DNA of 62,438 nucleotides, filler included. It is 6 parts of 6 records of this genome, joined end to end, with 100 filler letters (N's around TTAATTAATTAA, not from the genome) between each part and the next. Parts side by side here need not be neighbours in the genome. Positions count along the whole stretch, not along the records: positions 22,325 to 42,727 come from SRR31147125_18813; 5 more parts are not named here. One strand, 5' to 3'. Shown here piece by piece: positions 31,310 to 41,203 of this stretch. The translations under genes and the position numbers were made by a program. The notes under the pieces were generated by a model. The model searched no databases and was not told the origin of the DNA. It worked only from the letters and a program-made list of their open reading frames with translations. How positions within the stretch are numbered: the first letter of the stretch is position 1; every line of letters begins with the position of its first letter.

Positions 31310-34107
31310 TTAAAAGCTAAACTCAAATCCACCATAAATTTCCATATCATAATGACGATGGCTGTATAAAAACTCGCTTCCTACGCCGTAGCTATCGCCT
31401 GTATATTCATCATAAATCAATTTATGTCTGGTATAACTGTCTTCACTCAGCAAGTTTTTACCCTTTACGAATAGCCGAACATTTTCAGTGATGTTCTGAC
31501 GCAGGGAGATGTCAAGATTATTTTCGGCATCATCCCATTCTTCGACAACATCACCCAATTCCTGAAATATTTTGGATTTATGCTGGAAGGAAATACGGCC
31601 TGAGAAACCTAACTTTGCCGATTCATAACTAAGGGCGAAATTGAAAACATCTTTTGCCTGTTGTGGCAGGTCTCGTTTTTCCCATTCACCGTCTTCATTT
31701 TGAAAATTCAAATAGGTATCCAGCTGATGGGTCCAGTTTGCCAGTATTCCGACTTCCGGCAGTCCAATAAAATCAAGTTGTCTTTGTAGTGACAGTTCGA
31801 TACCCGAAGCAACACCGTCACCAACATTCTGAGGCTGCTCAACTTGATCAACTTCGTAGCCGTGATACACACGATCATCTGGCGTAAAGAAAACAGACTG
31901 AATTACATCCTGGAGGTCTTTGTAAAAGTAGCCGACAGACATATGAGAAGCCAGCGCTGGTGAATAATGCTCAAGCAAAATATCAATGTTTGAAGAACGG
32001 GTGGGTTCCAGGTCTTTGTTGCCGGTAAAGAGCTCCTTGTCTTCGATGTCATAATCATTGAATTCCACAAAATACCGGAACGATGGCCGTGCAATCCCTT
32101 TGGAATAAGATACACGTGCGTTAATATCTTTGGGTAATTTATAACGCAGATGTAGCGACGGGAAAAGATCCGAATACTCACCGGTTGCGTCAATAGAGGA
32201 CTGAGACTCAGCAACTTCAGGATTATTTTTACGGAAATTATCCACCAATCTGGACTCGGTGGAAGTTGATGTTTTCTCAAATCTCAGTCCCGGTAATACC
32301 ATGAATTTTTGACCCAGCCAAACTTCTGCCATAGCATATCCAGCCAGAATATTCTCGTTAGCAAGATAGTTTTCATCAATATCAGTACTGGACTCGGAAA
32401 GGAACACCATATTCAATGGAGGATCATACTCGATGATAAAATCCTGGTCTCTGGTAATTGTCCAATCTTTCGGATACGGGATACCATCATCTGCCAGATC
32501 TTCCAGAGCTTCATCCGTCAAATCCTCGTCAAAGGAAGAAATTTCAGAATCCAGCTTTTGATTATAACGGTCTTTGGTTTTGTATTTGAAACCAGCTTTG
32601 AAATATCCGCTAAATTTGTCTGAATAAAACGGCTTTTTTAGATTGAAAGCGGTGACAATTTCATCTTCTTCAAAGCTTTCAGTTTCAAAATTATAGCTAT
32701 CAAAATAGTATTTTTTATCCCCATCTCTCCAATCCTCATAATCGGTCCGGAAGTTGCCCTGAAAATCATGTGTTTCCGCACCACGTCCGCTCGTATATTG
32801 GATGGTATAGTCTATATTCATATCATTCATGATAAAATTTTCACCACCGAGGGTAATACTTGCGACATGCTTGGGCTCGTGTTTGACGTCATTCAGTTTT
32901 TCCAGTCGTTCATCCTCATAGTCATCATCAAGCTCAAGATCATAATCCGTCAGATTGTAGGCTGAATAAAAGTCCTTAAGGCCAATTTGTTGCCAATAGA
33001 GGGTCTCCAAACCAGTGCGGTATTAAAGCCTGCCCTGGTTTCGGTGGTTTCGGTCGGTCTTTCACTATGGTAACGCAAACCTGGCGTAACTGGATTGCCG
33101 TCAATGTCCGTAGGGCCAGCTCCATCATTCAGCTCCAACATATCTTCGATGGTACCCTCTTCCATTTCCCAGCCGTAGCGGTCGGTATATTCCGATTTCC
33201 GTTCATTTTCATAAGTACCGGCTATAGAATAGGCAAATTTACCACCAAAAAAAACGTCGCCAAGAGTGAGACTGGCTTTGGTGGGTCCAAAGAATTTAAA
33301 TTGGTCGATCTGATAATCAGCCGTATTACTTCCCGACAGCCACCCCTGGTACAATTTGGCTGTCAACATCTGCCGGTTGGGGGCGTCCTTTAAAATGAAA
33401 TTGATATTTCCGGCGATGGCGTCCGCATCCAAATCAGCTGTCTGGCCTTTGGAAACCTCGATGGCCTGGATCAGATCGATGGGAAATGTTTGTAAAGATG
33501 CATGCCTGTCTTCTGACGCATTCACAGCAGGAATTTTCTGTCCATTCACCGTTGTCAACGCCCAGTCCGCAGGCAGACCACGCATAATGGCTTCCGATCC
33601 GTCTACAACAACTCCCGGGATACGGGAAACAGCTTCCACGGCTTCTTCATCGGGGAAGGTACCCATCAAATCTGAGGAAATAACATTTTTAATGTTCGAC
33701 GCTTCATACTGAGCATTCAATGCCGCCTTTTGAGATTGCAACAGACGTTCGGCAGTTACAGCAACTGCACCCATTTCCAAAACAGAGCCGACAAGTTCAA
33801 AGTCTACAGTTGCAACTCTACTTACAGTAACCTGAACAGGTTTTTCAAGAGTTTCATAACCAATGTAGCGAGCGGCGACTTGATAGGTTCCGGGAGGTAT
33901 ATTACCAATTATAAAATTGCCCTGGTTATCTGTTGCTGCCCCAAAATTTGTTCCCAGGAGGCTAACATTGGCACCAATCAACTGAGTATTGGTTCCTTTT
34001 TCAACCACACTACCAGCAATTCTACCTTTTTGTGCGAAAGCAGAACCCACTATTACAAACACGCACAAAACAAACACGACTATGTAATTGTTCCAACGCT
34101 TTGTCAT
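31310..34107 (-). CDS. TonB-dependent receptor with CarboxypepD-like N-domain, split by one homopolymer frameshift
   Basis: GANV...GAATDNQGNF N-domain, plug EAVSRIPGV and AIEVSKGQTADLDADAIAGNIN, GNKDLEPTRS and terminal FEFSF. One extra T in the run at 32968-32971 joins the two ORFs (LRTF-YSAYNL). AAAGGAG RBS favours the ATG at 34107. Confidence 0.9.
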
Positions 34108-34356
34108 AACCATCTCCTTTATTAATCGTTTGTTGATTTAATTTCTTACCTAAAATAAATGATATGCCCGCCATATTTGCATAACACACCACTCTGGTGA
34201 TTTACAACAATTCGATTAATTAACCGATTTGTAACCTCCTTTATTTTTTGTGAACAAATCTCTTAAAAATAGATATTGTAAATAGGCTTAAAGTGAAGGA
34301 GCTGGAGAATTCCGCTAGCCTGATTGAGATCAAAGCGAGTTTTTGTATACAGAATA

Positions 34357-34409
34357 AAGATAATGATTAAACATTAAATATAGATTAAATTTATATTAAT
34401 ATTTTTTAA
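34357..34409 (-). promoter_or_regulatory. Pho-box-like promoter P2 upstream of the TonB receptor-phytase genes
   Basis: Minus-strand TTAAT at 34399, 34388 and 34377 (plus TTAAA at 34409), 10 nt, then TATCTT at 34362-34357. Confidence 0.6.
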
Positions 34410-34536
34410 TGATTCGGTTCGATAATAAATAAATTTCAAAAAACAATTCCAAAGCAATTTTCCTAATAAATAAATTTTATTTGTCTGAGTAAATAAATGA
34501 CCAGTTTTCATGTCATGTTAAATATAATTCAAATTA

Positions 34537-34589
34537 TTAATAAAAGTTAATCTGATTTTAATGTTGATTTAATGTTGGAAGTATATATT
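34537..34589 (+). promoter_or_regulatory. Pho-box-like promoter P3 upstream of the 752-aa lipoprotein
   Basis: TTAAT at 34537, 34547, 34558 and 34569, 10 nt, then TATATT at 34584-34589. Confidence 0.6.
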
Positions 34590-34663
34590 AAAAAATGAAA
34601 TAAGGATTAATTGGCAGTTATAGCAGTTATATATTAATACTTGACTCTTTTTGGGGATATGCC

Positions 34664-36922
34664 ATGGGAAATAGTAGAAAAGAAAAGCCTCATCATATTG
34701 TATTATTTTTGTTTGTATTCATGACATTAGTTATAGTTATAAGCTGTGTTCGGTCAAGCCAGCAATCTGGATTTCGGATTCGCTCGGACTTTGAGGCTCC
34801 ACTGAATGCTGACCAGGGATGGGAAGGTGCTTTAAATGAGAATGCATTGGTCTATTCGGATCAACCTTTCCGCATTCGTTTTGAAGTGGAAAGTCCTGCA
34901 GGTGGTCCGCAGTTTCGGCTTCAATATAGGCGAAACAACGGAGCATGGACCTACATTGAAGCACACGATTTCCCTCACCCGGAACGAGAAATCAGCATAA
35001 ATTTTAAAGAACACAAAAACGGTGAGCTTCCTGCCGAATGGTCGGTTTTAGAAGGCGATGCCTCGAGATTAGCTGTAAAATTAATTAAAGATGAAAAGTA
35101 CCTAAAGGCGAATACGAACCAGGATCCGCTTGTGGCTCTTTTTGACCCACCATGGGACGTAACAGAAATGGCATCTGAATTCAGATTACTTCCAGGTAGT
35201 CAACAAGGTATCGGTTTTGTCATTGGTTACAAGGATATTAACAACTATTATCAGGTCAAACTTGAACCCGGAAATAGCTCAATAGCAATATACCAAGTTA
35301 TAAATGGTATAGGCAAGAAACTTGACGAGCAAAAGACTGTAATTCCTTATGAACAATGGGTAAGCATTGAAATTGAAGCTGAGAACCGGGAAATTGCAGT
35401 GAATTTCCAGGACGACATGCTGGAAATGAATATCGATCTCGATTCTGAATTCCAAAACTCAAAACTTGGATTTCAAATTCCACCTGAGAGTAATGTTGAA
35501 TTCAAAGAATTCACTTTTACCGGAGAAGCAAAATCACCACTGGTTAGTATAGTCAAATGCTCGGCTTATGAACACGGAATGGTAACTAAAGATCTGTTGA
35601 ATGGTTCAACCAAACCTTTTCAAGCAGGCATCGGTACAAATTTCACAGAACAGACACCAGAATGGAGTGGTGGGGAAAATGTGCACAGTGAATTCGAATG
35701 GCCTGTGGTCATCCGTCGGTTTGCTGATGGAGCAGTGACCAATAATGATGGGGATATTTTTGGATTCAGGATGTTGGATTCAGAAGGAAATGCACTCGGC
35801 AATGATGATAATCTAAAACTAAAGCTGTCCATCCCGCCGGATCATGTTGGTGGTACGTTTATAGAAAATCCCGGTCGGATTGGCCCCTGGCAAGCGTCCA
35901 ACGGCGATCTTTACTTTATGATGGAACCAACTGAAACGGACAATGTTTTCATGATGATAAAATCCACAGACAATGGACGCACATGGTATGAAGTGGATGC
36001 TACAAACCGACCCGCCACAAACGACCTTGAATCAGTTGATTCACGGCTTGTGAATAATACCATACACATCATTCATCAGGTAACCCATTCCGTGCGTTAT
36101 CATACTTTCCGTACGTCCGATCATCCAACTCATCCGGATACCTGGGCGATACGTGACGAACCCGCGGGATTTGTGGATGCTGTCGCTCAGACCGTTTCGA
36201 TGGAAATTCGCTCAGACGGCAGCATTGCCGCTGTTTATCTTGGACCAGCAAAATTACATTACAGCATCCGATCGCCCCAGGGCACATGGAGTCTGGTTAA
36301 AGCCCTTGATCCTGAAATTGACTGCAAGCAGGCCGGACCACAGATGGTGCTTGGTGCAAATGATGTTATTCACCTTGCTTATTATGATACTGATGGCACC
36401 ATCTGGTACCGACAATTTCTTCCAAATGGTACAATAACTCCAGGACAAAAACTGGCAACGGGCGCCGGTACAACCCGGGCTGAATTTGGCGCCGTGCTGC
36501 CGCTTATCTATATCCCCGAAAGGGATGAAGTTGTCATTATTTACAGACTTGCCACAGGCAACCTTTGGGAAAGACGCATCATAACAAATGGGCTGCCTAC
36601 GAATCCAGTTATGATTAGCGATGTTAAAGTTGTCACAGATGCGGTGGACTCGCAACAGGCCGGTGCCGACGCCGTATTCGATGGTGAATCAGTACATGTG
36701 CTTCTTATCGACAAGTCGTCACGGAGTATTTTTAGTACAAATGACAAAAATGGTTGGCAAGCCCCTAATCTCCAAGTTGACAACATACTGGGATCATGGG
36801 TGCGTGGAAATGTATACATCCGAAAAGATGGCGTAAAAGTCTATGGATACATCTATGATGCGGGATCAGATGGAGGTGCAGGTATGAATCGATTTAATGA
36901 GTTGATTTTGAGTGATAATTAA
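34664..36922 (+). CDS. Hypothetical lipoprotein with an inserted lectin/concanavalin-like region and a C-terminal Asp-box (BNR) beta-propeller-like domain
   Basis: Lipobox VISC, Asp-box KSTDNGRTW and a beta-rich sequence. Domain calls are by eye. Confidence 0.6.
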   Translation: MGNSRKEKPHHIVLFLFVFMTLVIVISCVRSSQQSGFRIRSDFEAPLNADQGWEGALNENALVYSDQPFRIRFEVESPAGGPQFRLQYRRNNGAWTYIEAHDFPHPEREISINFKEHKNGELPAEWSVLEGDASRLAVKLIKDEKYLKANTNQDPLVALFDPPWDVTEMASEFRLLPGSQQGIGFVIGYKDINNYYQVKLEPGNSSIAIYQVINGIGKKLDEQKTVIPYEQWVSIEIEAENREIAVNFQDDMLEMNIDLDSEFQNSKLGFQIPPESNVEFKEFTFTGEAKSPLVSIVKCSAYEHGMVTKDLLNGSTKPFQAGIGTNFTEQTPEWSGGENVHSEFEWPVVIRRFADGAVTNNDGDIFGFRMLDSEGNALGNDDNLKLKLSIPPDHVGGTFIENPGRIGPWQASNGDLYFMMEPTETDNVFMMIKSTDNGRTWYEVDATNRPATNDLESVDSRLVNNTIHIIHQVTHSVRYHTFRTSDHPTHPDTWAIRDEPAGFVDAVAQTVSMEIRSDGSIAAVYLGPAKLHYSIRSPQGTWSLVKALDPEIDCKQAGPQMVLGANDVIHLAYYDTDGTIWYRQFLPNGTITPGQKLATGAGTTRAEFGAVLPLIYIPERDEVVIIYRLATGNLWERRIITNGLPTNPVMISDVKVVTDAVDSQQAGADAVFDGESVHVLLIDKSSRSIFSTNDKNGWQAPNLQVDNILGSWVRGNVYIRKDGVKVYGYIYDAGSDGGAGMNRFNELILSDN

Positions 36923-37190
36923 AAGCACGTTCTGGCGATAGACAACAATTTTTCGTCAGATCATTTATTCTATCAAGTTAAACTATAATGTCGGATATGG
37001 GGGCATCTTATTTTAGTTTTAGCTCAAACCTGAAAAGCGAATAAACACACACATAACCTAGTCTGGCTTGTATATCCAAAAATCTCTCTGATTCATCAAA
37101 TTTATTTTCAGCCAGTTCTTTCATTTTTTGGTCAAACCGAATAATATAATAAGGTAATGATTTAAGCAAATATAATAATAATATTTTAAA

Positions 37191-37283
37191 GTCAAATTAC
37201 CCCCGCCTCAGGCGGTGGCTTTTGAAACAATAAAACTACTTTATTGTTTGACGATAACAAAAATAATCCAGTAGAAAAGCCAT
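37191..37283. mobile_element. Orphan IS200/IS605-like terminal hairpin
   Basis: GTCAAATTACCCCCGCCTCAGGCGGTGGCTT resembles IS200/IS605-family end sequences. It is followed by nested stems, and no transposase is nearby. Confidence 0.4.
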
Positions 37284-37316
37284 GTAACTATAGTAAAATC
37301 CCATTTCGTAGCAAGG

Positions 37317-40300
37317 TTATTGAACCAGCAACGCAACACAATCCATTATTTCTCGGCGTAAAAGCTCAACAGTACCATCGTTATTCGACGCATCAATGAC
37401 ATAGCGGGCCACACCCAATTTTACTTCATGGAGTGATTGCCCGGCTATGGCCGGCAGCGTTTCTTCAACAAGATGTCGAATCCGGGCTTTTACCTCGTCA
37501 CTCGCATCCGGATCTTTTAGTTTTTCCTGCAAGGCGATTAATATCCGGGTGTCCTCAACTGCTTCACGGACAGCTTCCCAGCGACGGCTGGACTCAAACG
37601 TGCCGTCTTCATTTTTATAGACCAACGGATATTCAAGGTCAATGGTGTCCCACATGGACGGACCAACATTGTAACACCAATAGCCGATGCCTGTGGCACC
37701 AAAATGATGCGCAAACAAAGCCTGAAGACGGTATTGAGCCACGACATTAATGGTTTTTACGTTGGCACCAATGGGACGTGCGTACGCGTAGCTACAATCG
37801 TATGTCCAGAATGTTTTGCCTGAATTTTTGAGATAATTCCTGACAGGTGTATCATCCGGCAACATGAAATAACTGGGGCACCAGATCGATGCGAATTCAT
37901 TTAAAGCTTCGAACATAGCCAGATCACCACCGCCGTTCACATAAAACTGTAATCCCGGTCGGGCTTTGACACCCTGTCGGGCAAAGGCGATGTAATGATG
38001 TACTGTGTCCCAACCATGCCCACCCGGCTCATCATGAGGGTAAAGGGCGATATGGTCTTCAGGAATACCACGGGCTGCCAGATGCGACATGACCTGATCC
38101 AGGTATAAAGCGAGACGCGGAACATAGGACGCTTCTTCCATGTCCACACCCAAATCCGGAATGCCAGACATTAACAGGTAAACATCGTGTCCCTTCATTG
38201 GCCTGGTAAAATCATCCAAAGCGCTAAAATCGATGTCCAGTTGAAGCGGTTCCTCCCGGGTTACTTTAACCGGAGGAAGTTGACTTGTAAACACCGTGTT
38301 TCCGTGTTGCAGCAAATCCTTAACAGCATCTTCGTTGTAACTCGCCCAGCAGCACAATCGCATGGAATCGAATCCTGCCATCTCAAACGGCATAATGTCC
38401 AGCGCAATCAGTACTGTTGTTTTCGTCTCACCCGTGTCAAAGGTCACCACCAGATCGTGATTGCCTGGCACGGCATCAGCCAGATCGAGGTCAAGCCAGA
38501 TTTCACGGGTTTCCAGGGACGGGATAGTCATTTTTTGATTGTCCAACGGTACAATAGGATCCCAGGCAATGGTATTTTGGTTTGTGGGTACGGATTTCAC
38601 CTCAAAAGCGGTTACTTTTAAAGTTCCTGAATTTTTCTGCACCTCACAATTGACTGTGACAGGCTCCAGGGTCACATTCAGCAATTTGATGGAAACCGGT
38701 TCGTGTTCGCCTATAACGCTCTGGCGTTGAATTTTTAGCGGAATATCGATATCGGATGGCAACTGCGAATCGACATCGCGGTTTTCCCACATGAGACCAT
38801 TGAACGCCACAATCTGGCTTGAGGGTGCATTTTTTTCAATAGAATCCGCAATCCGGGATAAAACCAACGCGCGTTGGGAACGGGCATTGAGTTTGGCAGT
38901 TCGGGTATTTATTTGCTCGTTAAATTCAGGGGATGCACCAGGTGCGGCTGATTGCAGGGTAACCAACGCAGTCGCTTCTTTATTTATTGCCTGCGATTCC
39001 TGATTCAGCGCCGCTCTCAGACCGATTTCGGACGTATCTGATTTCAGCATGTCCATCATTTTTTCCAGAGCCAGAACAGCCCGTTGTGCCAATGCCTGAT
39101 CATTCATGTATGGGTGCAGCGTTAATTCCCGAGAACCGGTAACAAGTGCCTTTCCGTTCGGATCTTTTACACTCCAGTTAAAGTGATAAATTCCGGGCGC
39201 TGAAATCGTAACAGGTAACTTTAACAGACCGTGCTGACCAATAATTTTACCCACAGCAGACTGCCGGGATCCGTCCGGACGGACACAGCTTGCTTCTGCC
39301 TTGAGCAAAGTATTACTCGCACCCTGATTTTCGATCCGAAACGACGCCTCTGTCCCGGCGAATATTTGATCCCACATTAAATTTTCAGGAATCATTTGAA
39401 TTTTATTTGAATTAGCAAGTCCAAACCAGGAGGCTGTAAGAGCATTATCGCCGCGATAAGTGCTCCATTGAGCCGTTGTTACAGAAGCCGGAATACCCAG
39501 ACAGTAAATCATTGCACCTTCACCTCCGGTAAAAGCCATTTCCAGTCCGGGCCGGTCTTTGACGATATCACCAAATGCCGGTGTAACATTAATGGTTCGA
39601 CTGTCAAACTGATAATTAAACACAACCTCTCCGGTCTCGTTAAAGACCAGCAAATTACCTCGTTGTGTACAAAGCACATACTCCAGTGCGCCATCCCCAT
39701 CCACATCAAAAAGGGCTCCGGCAGCCAGACTACGTCCCTGCGTGTCGATATCCCACAATACGCGTCCGCTTTCATCAAAACGGTAGAGCACGCCCAACTG
39801 AGTTACGACAAACAGATCTGCCCGGCCATCGGCATCAATGTCTCCCACTGAAATAGAAGATGCTATGGCACCACGAGTCGAACGTTCCCACAGAACTTTT
39901 CCCTGACTGTCCAGACAAAAAAATCGCCCTGCTTGCGATCCGGCAACAATGTTTACCTGACCATTGGAGTTTTGAAACAGAACCGGCGAGCATGTTGCCC
40001 AATCCAGTGAAGGACAACCAACGAAAAATTCCCAAAGTGTTTCTCCGCTTGCAGAAAGCGCATAAACTTTACCGGCACCTGTTGCAATAATGATTTCCGC
40101 AAAACCGTCTGCATTTATATCACCAATAGCCGGAGAAGCACATTCTCCGTCAATCTTTTGTTGCCATTCAAGCGTGCCATTCAACGCATCGTAAACACTG
40201 ACTATACCTTTTTTATCACCCTGTATCACCTCGATGTCACCATTGTTATCCACATCTGCCAGTGCTGGCGAGGCGCAGAATATCGGTGCCGATTCGACCT

Positions 40301-40703
40301 GCCATATAATTTTGCCATTACCATCGAGGCACGTGAACAGTCCTTTATTATCGCCCGCATAAATTAATGGAAGCTGATTTTCCCTCTCGAGAATAGCAGG
40401 GCAGGTTGAATAGCGTCCACGAGTATCAAAGCGCCAAAGTTCCTCACCTGAACCGTCAACCACGATAATATTTTCATAAGCGGCTGTCAGGATCTCTGCG
40501 TCACCATCGCCATTCAGATCAACGACCATTGGCGCCCCTTCCAAAACCATATCTACATTTGTCTGCCATAACGGCTTGATGTCCAATGTCTCTGCAGCAT
40601 AACTCCACTGAACGATGCCGATTATAAAAAAAAGAACGTGTATAACTCTGATGGTAGTGGAACGCGATCTCATCCACTGTAACGATAACATATAAAAATC
40701 CAT
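37317..40703 (-). CDS. Large secreted protein: FG-GAP/PQQ-like beta-propeller fused to a DUF4091/GH123-like catalytic domain
   Basis: Repeated DLNGDGDAEI / DVDNNGDIEV / DIDADGRADL motifs, then C-terminal HDEP and SSRRWEAVREAVED. GAGGAGG RBS favours the ATG at 40703. Confidence 0.72.
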   Translation of the reverse strand: MDFYMLSLQWMRSRSTTIRVIHVLFFIIGIVQWSYAAETLDIKPLWQTNVDMVLEGAPMVVDLNGDGDAEILTAAYENIIVVDGSGEELWRFDTRGRYSTCPAILERENQLPLIYAGDNKGLFTCLDGNGKIIWQVESAPIFCASPALADVDNNGDIEVIQGDKKGIVSVYDALNGTLEWQQKIDGECASPAIGDINADGFAEIIIATGAGKVYALSASGETLWEFFVGCPSLDWATCSPVLFQNSNGQVNIVAGSQAGRFFCLDSQGKVLWERSTRGAIASSISVGDIDADGRADLFVVTQLGVLYRFDESGRVLWDIDTQGRSLAAGALFDVDGDGALEYVLCTQRGNLLVFNETGEVVFNYQFDSRTINVTPAFGDIVKDRPGLEMAFTGGEGAMIYCLGIPASVTTAQWSTYRGDNALTASWFGLANSNKIQMIPENLMWDQIFAGTEASFRIENQGASNTLLKAEASCVRPDGSRQSAVGKIIGQHGLLKLPVTISAPGIYHFNWSVKDPNGKALVTGSRELTLHPYMNDQALAQRAVLALEKMMDMLKSDTSEIGLRAALNQESQAINKEATALVTLQSAAPGASPEFNEQINTRTAKLNARSQRALVLSRIADSIEKNAPSSQIVAFNGLMWENRDVDSQLPSDIDIPLKIQRQSVIGEHEPVSIKLLNVTLEPVTVNCEVQKNSGTLKVTAFEVKSVPTNQNTIAWDPIVPLDNQKMTIPSLETREIWLDLDLADAVPGNHDLVVTFDTGETKTTVLIALDIMPFEMAGFDSMRLCCWASYNEDAVKDLLQHGNTVFTSQLPPVKVTREEPLQLDIDFSALDDFTRPMKGHDVYLLMSGIPDLGVDMEEASYVPRLALYLDQVMSHLAARGIPEDHIALYPHDEPGGHGWDTVHHYIAFARQGVKARPGLQFYVNGGGDLAMFEALNEFASIWCPSYFMLPDDTPVRNYLKNSGKTFWTYDCSYAYARPIGANVKTINVVAQYRLQALFAHHFGATGIGYWCYNVGPSMWDTIDLEYPLVYKNEDGTFESSRRWEAVREAVEDTRILIALQEKLKDPDASDEVKARIRHLVEETLPAIAGQSLHEVKLGVARYVIDASNNDGTVELLRREIMDCVALLVQ

Positions 40704-40820
40704 GGAAACCTCCTCTGAAACTATCTGATTCGTGCTTTTATAATTTACCCTCATTTTTCATAAAACTATTGACACTGTTTTATTTTATCGATGCGCTATT
40801 TCAAGTAATACACCACCCCT

Positions 40821-40848
40821 GGATTCCCGATTAGAGCGCTCGGGAATG
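40821..40848. repeat. REP-like palindrome ATTCCCGA-N9-TCGGGAAT
   Basis: Perfect 8-bp inverted repeat with ATTCCC/GGGAAT arms in an intergenic region. Single copy in the window. Confidence 0.4.
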
Positions 40849-41203
40849 CCCCCTTGTTTTTAAAGTCAATTTGCAATTTTTAAAAAATACACATTTTTTT
40901 GATAAAAATCATGATTTGAATAAGCCCTATCAAACAAAAATATAGAATAATTCATATTATCAGGGTAGTTTACCGGGTGGCTACGATTTTGGGGAACCTG
41001 GAAATATTGGAACTCTAATAATTCAAAATGATCTTATCGGGGATTCGACCTTTATGTTCTATTGGGTAAAAGTCATCAAAACAACGAAACGTTTGGAAAT
41101 TCAGACACGTGATGGTTTATATTATAATTTAAAAAAGTGAATTGGATTATAGATGGAATTCACTAGTTCCACGGGGCGCAATGTTGAATCCATACCAGTA
41201 ATA

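Noticed and set aside
34120-34250. AGGAGG on the minus strand in the TBDR leader, suggesting a leader peptide
   Set aside because: No start codon at a suitable distance and no convincing ORF.
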